DNA of 64,000 nucleotides from Candidatus Latescibacterota bacterium (GTDB lineage Bacteria; Latescibacterota; Latescibacteria; Latescibacterales; Latescibacteraceae): NCBI GenBank assembly GCA_016927495.1, contig JAFGMP010000040.1, positions 3,585 to 67,584 of the forward strand, read 5' to 3'. Shown piece by piece: positions 10,467 to 19,086 of this stretch (position 1 is its first letter; each line of letters starts with the position of its first letter). The notes under the pieces were generated by a model. It saw only the letters and a program-made list of their open reading frames with translations, ran no database searches and was not told where the DNA came from. The position numbers and the translations under genes were made by a program.

Positions 10467-13094
10467 ATGGTTACTGTTGATATGAAGGAACTATTGCTTC
10501 GTTTAAATGCATATTGCACCAACGCATTACAATCTTCCGCAGGACTTTGTGTATCGAGAACACATTATGAAGTCACAGTTGAACATTTTTTCCTGAAAAT
10601 TCTTGAAGACAGCCGATCAGACTGGTCGCTGATTTTTCGCCAGTTTGACCTCGATGTCGGCCGTGTACAAAAATCACTGGAGGGTGTGCTGGAGGAACAT
10701 AAAACCGGAAATGCCGCCAAACCGGTATTTTCTCCTCTCCTTTTGGATTTAATTCAGGAATCATGGATGATTGCCTCTATCGATATGGGAGAACGAAAAA
10801 TCCGGTCCGGTGCAATTCTTATGACATTCCTTTCAAAACCGGCTCTTTTTGCAACCGGCCGTTATGTCGATATGATAAAAGAGATAAGCAGAGAGAACCT
10901 TGCAAAAGACTTCTGGGCAATTACCAAAGAATCGATTGAAACCAAAACCGCTGAAAAAGATACTGCTGCCGCCGCACATGGATCAGAAAAAGGGGAAGGC
11001 AGTTTCCTTAGCAGATTTTGCAATGATTTCACGCAAAAAGCGATGGACGGTAAGATCGATCCTGTCTTTGGCCGTGACAGCGAAATAAGGCAGATTATCG
11101 ATATTCTCGCACGAAGGAGGAAAAATAATCCAATATGTGTCGGTGAACCCGGAGTCGGTAAAACTGCGGTCATCGAGGGATTGGCTTTAAGAATTATCGA
11201 AGGTGATGTCCCTGATATTCTTCAAAATGTATCGCTCATCGAACTGGATATGGGTCTTCTCGAAGCCGGCGCCGGAATGAAGGGTGAATTCGAAAACCGC
11301 CTGAAAGGTGTCATCAGCGAGGTGAAATCATCGGAAAAACCTATCATCATGTTTATTGATGAAGCCCACACCCTGATAGGAGCCGGAGGTTCTGCCGGAG
11401 GCGGTGATGCGGCCAACCTTCTAAAACCCGCACTGGCACGAGGTGAACTGCGAACGGTAGCTGCCACAACATGGAAAGAATATAAAAAATACTTCGAAAA
11501 AGATCCTGCACTGGCACGAAGATTCCAGCCGGTTAAGCTGGATGAACCAAGTGTCGAAACTGCTGCCCTTATCCTGAGAGGGATAAAACCGGGTTATGAA
11601 TCATCTCATAAAGTAATTATCCGTGATGATGCGATAACCACGGCAGCTGAACTGGCAGATCGATATATAACCGGTCGTTTCCTGCCGGACAAAGCTATCG
11701 ATCTCCTCGATACAAGCTGCGCTCGTATAAAAATCAATCTTGTATCCAAACCGCCTGTACTCGAAAATAAAGAGCGAATTGTCCAGGCAGCGGAACGTGA
11801 AAAAAAGGGAATGGAACGGGACAAAACCAATGGCTTGAATATTGACGAAGAAAAATATATGGAAATAATTAAAACTATTGAAAAAGTTTCCAAAGAGGCC
11901 GAAAAAATACGTGAACGCTGGCAAAAAGAAAAAGATGCCGCTGCAAAAGTAATCGAAATACGTGACCGGCTTCAGGAAATCGGAGAGAAAGACGGCGATA
12001 AAAAGAAAGAGTTGAAAAAGGAACTTGAAAAGGCAGACAAGGAATTAATCAAACTTCAGGGAGATGAACCACTCATCCAGATCGAGGTAAATCCCGATGT
12101 TGTTGCACAGGTGGTTTCGGACTGGACAGGGATACCGATGGGTAAAGTCCTTAAGGATGAGGCTAAAACCATAATTAATCTCGCTGATCAGCTTAAAGAT
12201 CGCGTTAAGGGACAGGACCACGCTGTAAATGCCATGACTGAGGTTATCAAAGCGGCTAAAGCCGGTATTAAAAATCCCGATCAACCTCTCGGTGTGTTCC
12301 TGCTTGCAGGTCCCAGCGGAGTCGGCAAAACTGAAGTCAGTATTTCCCTCGCAGATATTTTGTTCGGAAGTGATAAGAATGCCGTTACGATCAATATGAG
12401 TGAATTTCAGGAAGCCCATTCGGTAAGCCGTCTTGTCGGCTCACCTCCGGGCTATGTCGGCTATGGCGAGGGTGGAATGCTGACTGAAGCCGTCCGGCAA
12501 AAACCCTATTCCGTGGTAATTCTTGACGAATGCGAAAAAGCCCATCTCGATGTGATGAACCTGTTTTATCAGGTGTTCGACAAGGGAACGCTTACCGACA
12601 GTGAGGGTAAAGATGTTAATTTCAAGAATACGATAATAATTCTGACCAGCAACCTGGCTTCGGATATTATTCAGGAAATGACGAATGCCGATGAAAGGCC
12701 TCCTGTCGATGTTATTACATCTGCAATACGGCCGGTCCTGTCGAACCATTTCAAACCTGCGCTGTTAGGTAGAATGACTGTAATTCCGTTTTTCAGCCTT
12801 GACAAAGAAGCAATGAAAACCATTGTTGAACTGAAACTCGGTAAAGTCAGAAAAACGCTTATGGAAAATAATAAAATGACGCTGAATTACACAAAGGCTG
12901 TTATCGATCAAATCGCCGCACGGTGTACGGAAGTAGAAACCGGCGCCCGTAACATAGAATATATCCTTAACGGCAATATTCTGCCCCACATGGCTCAGGA
13001 GATACTCACGCACATGACCGAAGACGAAATGCCGTCTCAGGTTAATCTCGGTGTCGACAAGAAAGGTGAATTTACAATAGAATTTAAAAATTGA
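10467..13094 (+). CDS. clpV: ClpV (TssH) AAA+ ATPase
   Basis: The N-domain LNAYCTNALQSSAGLCVSRTHYEVTVEHFFLKILED is present. There are two AAA modules (GEPGVGKTAVIEGLA Walker A, and a second GPSGVGKTE). The ATG at 10467 follows a RBS AAGGAGA. Confidence 0.9.
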   Translation: MVTVDMKELLLRLNAYCTNALQSSAGLCVSRTHYEVTVEHFFLKILEDSRSDWSLIFRQFDLDVGRVQKSLEGVLEEHKTGNAAKPVFSPLLLDLIQESWMIASIDMGERKIRSGAILMTFLSKPALFATGRYVDMIKEISRENLAKDFWAITKESIETKTAEKDTAAAAHGSEKGEGSFLSRFCNDFTQKAMDGKIDPVFGRDSEIRQIIDILARRRKNNPICVGEPGVGKTAVIEGLALRIIEGDVPDILQNVSLIELDMGLLEAGAGMKGEFENRLKGVISEVKSSEKPIIMFIDEAHTLIGAGGSAGGGDAANLLKPALARGELRTVAATTWKEYKKYFEKDPALARRFQPVKLDEPSVETAALILRGIKPGYESSHKVIIRDDAITTAAELADRYITGRFLPDKAIDLLDTSCARIKINLVSKPPVLENKERIVQAAEREKKGMERDKTNGLNIDEEKYMEIIKTIEKVSKEAEKIRERWQKEKDAAAKVIEIRDRLQEIGEKDGDKKKELKKELEKADKELIKLQGDEPLIQIEVNPDVVAQVVSDWTGIPMGKVLKDEAKTIINLADQLKDRVKGQDHAVNAMTEVIKAAKAGIKNPDQPLGVFLLAGPSGVGKTEVSISLADILFGSDKNAVTINMSEFQEAHSVSRLVGSPPGYVGYGEGGMLTEAVRQKPYSVVILDECEKAHLDVMNLFYQVFDKGTLTDSEGKDVNFKNTIIILTSNLASDIIQEMTNADERPPVDVITSAIRPVLSNHFKPALLGRMTVIPFFSLDKEAMKTIVELKLGKVRKTLMENNKMTLNYTKAVIDQIAARCTEVETGARNIEYILNGNILPHMAQEILTHMTEDEMPSQVNLGVDKKGEFTIEFKN

Positions 13095-13230
13095 TACCTG
13101 AAGAATCTCCTTTCAGATATTGTATGATGAAATTTAGACCGGTATGGTGATAATTGGTTGAATTTACCAATATCCTGTTTACGTGCATTTTTTGATATTT
13201 AATTCGCATAAATGACAGTTGGAGTTGCTG

Positions 13231-16155
13231 ATGGATTTTCTAACCGACAAAAAGTATTCATTTGAATTGATTGACAAATCAGTTAATCCCACGTTCTCCC
13301 CCGATACATTTGCTGTTGTAAATTTTAAAGGATTCGAGGGTATTTCACGACCCTATGAATTTGACATTCTGCTTGTATCCGACAATGCACAACTCGATCT
13401 GTCCAAAGCGCTCAGTTTGCAGGCAAAACTTACCTTTCACCGTGAGAACGACCAGGAGGTATATTATCATGGAGTTCTTGCCCAATTCGAACAGTTGCAG
13501 GAATACCAGGGAATTGTATTCTATCGTGCCCTTTTGGTGCCGAGACTCTGGTGGCTTACTCTGACACATCAAAACAAAGTGCATCTTAATTGTTCTGTTC
13601 TGGATATTATAGAGTTCACGCTTAAAGACAGCGGATTAACCTCAAAGGATTATACTATAGATATAAACAATACCAAATCTGTAACAATTGATAATAAACC
13701 CGTAGATGTACCCGTATATCCGAAGATCGATTATATCTGCCAGTATGGGGAAAGTCATTTAAACTTCATTTCCCGATGGGCTGAACGGGAAGGTATTTAT
13801 TATTACTTTAAGCAGACCACAACAGGTGAAATCGTAGTTTTTACCGATACGAAAATTTCCCACACAACCCTCCCCTCTCTTCCGGAGACAAACGACTCAT
13901 TATATTTTTCCACACCATCCGGACTGAGTACATTACATAGTACTGAAATCATTAAATCATTTACTTGTAGACAGCGTCAGCTTCCCAAAAAGGTTTTGTT
14001 AAAGGATTATAATTACGAAAGACCGTCCCTTGAGATTTCCGGTACGGCTCAGGTTGATCCAAATGGCAGAGGTGAAGTATATTTATATGGAGAACATTTC
14101 TCTTCAACTGAAGAAGGTAACAACCTTGCTAAAATTCGCGCAGAAGAACTACTCAGCAGAAAGGAGCAATATTTTGCCGAAAGCACCGTTCCTTTTTTGC
14201 TTCCGGGGTATACATTCACACTCAAGGATCACTACAGGAGCGATTTTAATGAAAAAAAATATCTGATTTGTGATATAACACATGAAGGATCACAGACAGG
14301 TTATTTAATATCCGGTATTCAAAACGCTTTAACGGACATGGAAAAAAAGGTCGATTATCTCAATCAGTTTACCGTAATTCCCGCAAAAGTTCAGTTTCGA
14401 CCTGAACGCAAAGCACAAAAATCCCGTATTTCAGGCACTATCCATGCAAAAATCGATGGAGAACTGAGCAACGATTTTGCTGAACTCGATGCTCAGGGAA
14501 GATATAAAGTACGGTTGCCGTTCGACACAGAATATGACACATCTGCAGAACATGATGATGACACAAAAAAACATAAACCCGGTAAAGCTTCAAAACTCAT
14601 TCGCATGATGCAGCCACATGCCGGTGAACCGGTGGCCGGAGGACAAAATCATGGATTACATTTCCCTCTCCGTAAAGGCACCGAAGTACTTCTGACTTTT
14701 ATCGACGGTGATCCCGACCGGCCGGTGATTGCCGGTGCAGTATCCAATCCGGAAAGCAAAAGCCCTGTAACCGGCGGGGATAATACCGTAACACCTGCGA
14801 TCGAGGCAAATAACAAACAAAGTATTTTCCGTGACAGATCGGGTAATGAACTCATTTTCGATTCCACAGAAGGTAACGAACATATTAGTATCCAATGTCC
14901 GTATGGCGGTGGCTCCGGTGTAGTTTATGGCAAAGGAGAAGAGGGAGAAGGCCGCTTTGAGTGGTCTTGTGCAAATAAATGCGAACTTTCCACCGGTAAT
15001 ACATTCGAGGGATTTATGGGGAACGCCGGAGAAGTAAAAATCGGAACCTCAACCGGAGCATTCTTTGGATTGTCAAATGAAATCGGCCTCGCAGGAAAAC
15101 ATGAGGCGCTGTTCGGTTACAAGACTGAATTTCAATTGGGCCCGAAATTTGAATATCATGAGGGTCACGCTGTTCAAAAATCCGGGAAAGATTGCGACAG
15201 TAAAGCTGATGAAAACAATATAATCAGTGCTGGTGAAAAACTTAATCTTTCCGGAGGGATTTTCAAGAAAACTAAGGTTGGAAAAATAATAAAAAAAGAA
15301 AAAACGGCTAATACATCTATTATTAATTTAGACAAAGATGCTTTGACTCTTTCTTTTGGAAAAAATGTTAATCCTGATAAAACAGCAGATCAGAAAGTAA
15401 TTAAAGTTTTTTTAGTCGCTTTACCGTTACTTGTATGCGCATTATCTGCAGTTTTAGCTGCCATTTCTTTTATTTTTCTTGAAGTAAAAGAAGCGACGAA
15501 AAAACATGATGGAATGAATGCAGGGTTCAGTTCCGCACATGGAGTTACTACCATAATAGAAACTCTGCTAATTATCGCAGAAGTAATTTTAATGATGATT
15601 TTGGGTCACTTCGGGTTAGAAGATAAAATTGTGCCAGTAAGTCACACCGATGAAGACGATGACGAACCGGATGCTTTAATCAGACTGGAAGATGCAGGAT
15701 TGTATGTCGGAATTAAACCAAAAATCAAGGATGAAGGATTGCCCGGAGCGCCCAAAATTGTCATGAAGAAAGATGAATCTGTCTCAAAACTCGAAATGGA
15801 TAAAAATGGGAATGTGTTTATTCATTCAAAAGAAAAAGAAATTACCATCGGAAGAGGAAAATCCGGAAGTGAAAAAGCTAAATTCCACATAAGTAGTACG
15901 GATCAGGCAGAAGTTTACGCTGGCAGATCATGGTTAAAATTATATGAAAACGGCGACAGCTACTTGTCGGGCAATAAAAAACTAAGCATAAACAGCAGAA
16001 ATGGCGACCTGATGATACAAACAATAGATGGTATTGGTGGAAGCATTAATATCGAATCGAATAAAGCAATGAATATTAAATGTAAAATTGGTGATATTAA
16101 TATTGCACCTACAGCAGGAAAAACAAAAATAAAAGGTTTTGTCGATTTAGGATAA
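13231..16155 (+). CDS. vgrG: VgrG (TssI) spike protein with a C-terminal extension
   Basis: The N-terminus FELIDKSVNPTFSPDTFAVVNFKGFEGISRPYEFDILLVS is VgrG/gp27-like. A gp5-like region and a beta-helical region follow. The C-terminal roughly 300 aa contain two strongly hydrophobic helices and a further repeat domain. Confidence 0.85.
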   Translation: MDFLTDKKYSFELIDKSVNPTFSPDTFAVVNFKGFEGISRPYEFDILLVSDNAQLDLSKALSLQAKLTFHRENDQEVYYHGVLAQFEQLQEYQGIVFYRALLVPRLWWLTLTHQNKVHLNCSVLDIIEFTLKDSGLTSKDYTIDINNTKSVTIDNKPVDVPVYPKIDYICQYGESHLNFISRWAEREGIYYYFKQTTTGEIVVFTDTKISHTTLPSLPETNDSLYFSTPSGLSTLHSTEIIKSFTCRQRQLPKKVLLKDYNYERPSLEISGTAQVDPNGRGEVYLYGEHFSSTEEGNNLAKIRAEELLSRKEQYFAESTVPFLLPGYTFTLKDHYRSDFNEKKYLICDITHEGSQTGYLISGIQNALTDMEKKVDYLNQFTVIPAKVQFRPERKAQKSRISGTIHAKIDGELSNDFAELDAQGRYKVRLPFDTEYDTSAEHDDDTKKHKPGKASKLIRMMQPHAGEPVAGGQNHGLHFPLRKGTEVLLTFIDGDPDRPVIAGAVSNPESKSPVTGGDNTVTPAIEANNKQSIFRDRSGNELIFDSTEGNEHISIQCPYGGGSGVVYGKGEEGEGRFEWSCANKCELSTGNTFEGFMGNAGEVKIGTSTGAFFGLSNEIGLAGKHEALFGYKTEFQLGPKFEYHEGHAVQKSGKDCDSKADENNIISAGEKLNLSGGIFKKTKVGKIIKKEKTANTSIINLDKDALTLSFGKNVNPDKTADQKVIKVFLVALPLLVCALSAVLAAISFIFLEVKEATKKHDGMNAGFSSAHGVTTIIETLLIIAEVILMMILGHFGLEDKIVPVSHTDEDDDEPDALIRLEDAGLYVGIKPKIKDEGLPGAPKIVMKKDESVSKLEMDKNGNVFIHSKEKEITIGRGKSGSEKAKFHISSTDQAEVYAGRSWLKLYENGDSYLSGNKKLSINSRNGDLMIQTIDGIGGSINIESNKAMNIKCKIGDINIAPTAGKTKIKGFVDLG

Positions 16156-16242
16156 AATATTGATAAAATTAGCTCCACAAAATTTTGTCAGCATTGTACC
16201 TGTTATTGAGAGGAATGAAATGACGAAGAAATCTCATCTATA

Positions 16243-18030
16243 TTGCAGGAACTTGATTTGGAATATGTAAATCGGACATCTTTTGCCTATGCACATATTG
16301 CGGGCAGGTTAAATTTCCCCGGGCATTCCCTGACGCTCATCGTAAAAGGAACTTTCGAGCTTCATCATGGAGGCATTGTAACACCATCGAAAGAGCAAAT
16401 TTTCCCAACCGGCGATGAGTTTTATCCTGAGGATGACGGTGAAATGACAGGAAGCTGCCGTTACGAGTACGACTTTGCATATTTTAAACCACGGACAGAC
16501 CTTCTTCTCGCAGGACACTGCCACGCTCCCGGCAGTAACCCCGTACCAGGTTGTCCTGCAACATTCAAGGTAGGTTCACATTCCAAAACACTCTATGTGT
16601 TTGGAGACCGTACATGGAAAGGACCGCCCGGCATGAGGGTTATTTCCGACCCGAAACCGTTTTCCCAAATGGAACTGAAATATGAAAACAGTTACGGTGG
16701 TTCCGGATATCCGAAGAATCCTGTCGGAAAAGGATTTCAAAAACAGAATACCGAAACGGAAACAGGCGTTCTATTTCTTCCCAACATCGAGGATCCGGAT
16801 AACATGGTCGATTCACCCGGCAGTCAACCGGAACCTGCCGGTTTTGGTCCTCTGGGAAGAATGTGGCAACAGCGTCATTCGAAAATGGGTACCTACACCG
16901 GTCGCTGGATTAAAGAACGTTGGCCGTGGTTTCCCCTCGATTTTGATTGGGGACATTTTAATGCCGCACCACCTGATATGCAGGTCGTTGGCTATCTTCG
17001 CGGTGATGAGCAACTCTATTTTGAAAATCTTCACCCCGAACATGCGCACTATGAATCGAAACTTCCCGGATTAAGAATCAGATGCTTTTTGAATAAATTG
17101 ATTCCCGCTGATACCAGTCAGACTAACTTTGTCGAGGTCTCAATGAAACTCGATACTCTCTGGGTGGATATGGATGCGGATAAGCTTGTGCTGGTCTGGC
17201 GAGGAAGTGCTGAGGTTTTATCGGACGAATACGAAGAAGTGCAGCATATTTTCATTATGTCCGAACCTCTCGGTCAGCAACCTGCCGCTCTTGCGCACTG
17301 CTCTGAACTGTTCCTTGCCACACTGGCAGAAGAAGAAGCTGAAGAGGCCATAGAACCTGAAGAACCCGAACCGGTAATACCCGAAGAAGAGACACCGGAA
17401 ATTCCTGAAATTATGGTACCCGGCGCAGCGGCGGCGGGCGTATCAATACCGGGACTTGCAGCGGCTGAAATCATGGCGCCAGACAAAGAAAAACCGGAAG
17501 AAATACTCGTAGTTCCTGAAGAAGTAATACTACCCGCTGAACCTGAAGCATTCGACCCGGAGAAATTAAAAGTTCAGGCAAAAAAGCTGCTTGCTCAGGC
17601 TGGTCTCGATTTTGACAGCTTTTCACCTGAAGCCCGTGAAAAAGCCGATAAGGAAATGGACAATATTATTAGTAAAATGACTGAAACCGATCCGATTAAA
17701 ATTCTGGAGCAGCAGCGAAACGAATTGGAAATCCGAATGAACGAAGCATTTGCCAAATCCGGCATTGATACGGCAAACCTCCCGCCTGTGAGTGAAAAAG
17801 CTCATCAGGAACAAGTTCGAATGCTGCGGGAATTAGGTATTGAAAATACCGACAGTGTTTTTCAGGATCCCGAAATGTCCAGGATATGGAATATTTTATT
17901 TGCCGTGTTACCGGGTGTCGGAATTAGTCCTGAGGATATTTCCCCTCTCATACAGGAAGTTAAAAGACAACAGGATCGTATTAATAATAATATATCAGGT
18001 TTCAGACAAACGGATAATGCGGATACATAA
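16243..18030 (+). CDS. DUF2169-family protein (T6SS effector-loading adaptor family) with an acidic/Pro-rich C-terminal extension
   Basis: YVNRTSFAYAHIAGR...DLLLAGHCHAPG...LYVFGDRTWKGPP...FSQMELKYENSYGGSGYPKNPVGKGF matches the DUF2169 core. The C-terminal half carries a PEEPEPVIPEEETPEIPE low-complexity stretch and a helical tail. The start is a TTG at 16243 or 16258 and is uncertain. Confidence 0.7.
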   Translation: MQELDLEYVNRTSFAYAHIAGRLNFPGHSLTLIVKGTFELHHGGIVTPSKEQIFPTGDEFYPEDDGEMTGSCRYEYDFAYFKPRTDLLLAGHCHAPGSNPVPGCPATFKVGSHSKTLYVFGDRTWKGPPGMRVISDPKPFSQMELKYENSYGGSGYPKNPVGKGFQKQNTETETGVLFLPNIEDPDNMVDSPGSQPEPAGFGPLGRMWQQRHSKMGTYTGRWIKERWPWFPLDFDWGHFNAAPPDMQVVGYLRGDEQLYFENLHPEHAHYESKLPGLRIRCFLNKLIPADTSQTNFVEVSMKLDTLWVDMDADKLVLVWRGSAEVLSDEYEEVQHIFIMSEPLGQQPAALAHCSELFLATLAEEEAEEAIEPEEPEPVIPEEETPEIPEIMVPGAAAAGVSIPGLAAAEIMAPDKEKPEEILVVPEEVILPAEPEAFDPEKLKVQAKKLLAQAGLDFDSFSPEAREKADKEMDNIISKMTETDPIKILEQQRNELEIRMNEAFAKSGIDTANLPPVSEKAHQEQVRMLRELGIENTDSVFQDPEMSRIWNILFAVLPGVGISPEDISPLIQEVKRQQDRINNNISGFRQTDNADT

Positions 18031-18062
18031 ACACCGACAGAAAATGAGTAAAAGTTACGGCG

Positions 18063-19085
18063 ATGCATGACGACATTTTTTTTGATCAAAATAACGAAAT
18101 TAGCGATGAACTTCCCCCTGCCCTGACCCGGAGTCAGGTTGAAGATAAAATAGCACGGGGTGAACCATTAGCGGGTGAAAATCTTGCCGGGCTGTATCTT
18201 TCAGGTCTTGACATGAAGGAGATTGACTGCACCGGCGCTATTCTTGCCTGTGCCGATCTCAGCAATACGGATTTGTCCGGGGCAATTCTGACTCAGACCA
18301 ATATGACAAAAGCTAATGTATCGGGAGCTAATTTGACCGGCGCCAATCTGGTAGAAGCTGACCTGTCTGAAATAAATCTGGAAAAGGCCTGCTTACGGGA
18401 TGCCGATCTGACGGGTGCTGTTTTAAACAATTCTGTGCTTACCGACGCTTTGCTGAATGATGCTATTTTTGAAAAAACACAAATGATGAGCGCAAATCTT
18501 GAACGGGTTGAAGCTGTCGATACGAACTTTATCGAAGCTGACCTGAGCGGTTCCAACCTGGCACAAAGCAATCTCTCCGGCGCTGATTTTTCAAAAAGCC
18601 GGTTAGAAGAAACTGATTTCCGCGATTCTAATCTTACCGATACATCGATCGAGGGCGCTGTATGCAAAAAAGGTAATTTCACCGGGGCAAATCTGACAAA
18701 ACTGCGCGCTTCCGAAAGCAGTGATTTTACACAAGCCTGTTTCAGTAAAGCTTCAGGATTCGAATCTATATGGCATAACGCCATTCTGACAGACGCTGAT
18801 TTTTCCTACTCGAACATGGAGGGCGCCGATTTTACGAAAGCATCGTTCGAAAGGGCCATTCTTTATGCCGCAGATATGAAATTTGCACGATTCAGAAAAG
18901 CAAATTTGAAGAAGGCAAAACTCGTCAAGATGAACCTGTTTCAGGGAAGTCTCGAAAAGGCCGATCTTACCGATGCAAATTTGAGTGGATCGAATATGTA
19001 TGGCGTCGAATTTCTTGAAGCGGTACTTGAACGAACGATACTTGATAAAACCAATCTCAAAATGACTAAACTCTATAAAGGCTGA
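18063..19085 (+). CDS. Pentapeptide-repeat protein
   Basis: The whole length is A(D/N)LTGANL-type pentapeptide repeats (ANLTGANLVEADLSEINLEKACLRDADLTGAVL...). Confidence 0.85.
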   Translation: MHDDIFFDQNNEISDELPPALTRSQVEDKIARGEPLAGENLAGLYLSGLDMKEIDCTGAILACADLSNTDLSGAILTQTNMTKANVSGANLTGANLVEADLSEINLEKACLRDADLTGAVLNNSVLTDALLNDAIFEKTQMMSANLERVEAVDTNFIEADLSGSNLAQSNLSGADFSKSRLEETDFRDSNLTDTSIEGAVCKKGNFTGANLTKLRASESSDFTQACFSKASGFESIWHNAILTDADFSYSNMEGADFTKASFERAILYAADMKFARFRKANLKKAKLVKMNLFQGSLEKADLTDANLSGSNMYGVEFLEAVLERTILDKTNLKMTKLYKG

Positions 19086-19086
19086 A

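Noticed and set aside
13095-13230. A weak hairpin (CTGAA...TTCAG) after clpV as a possible terminator
   Set aside because: It has only a 5-bp stem and no U-tract. vgrG probably continues the same transcript.
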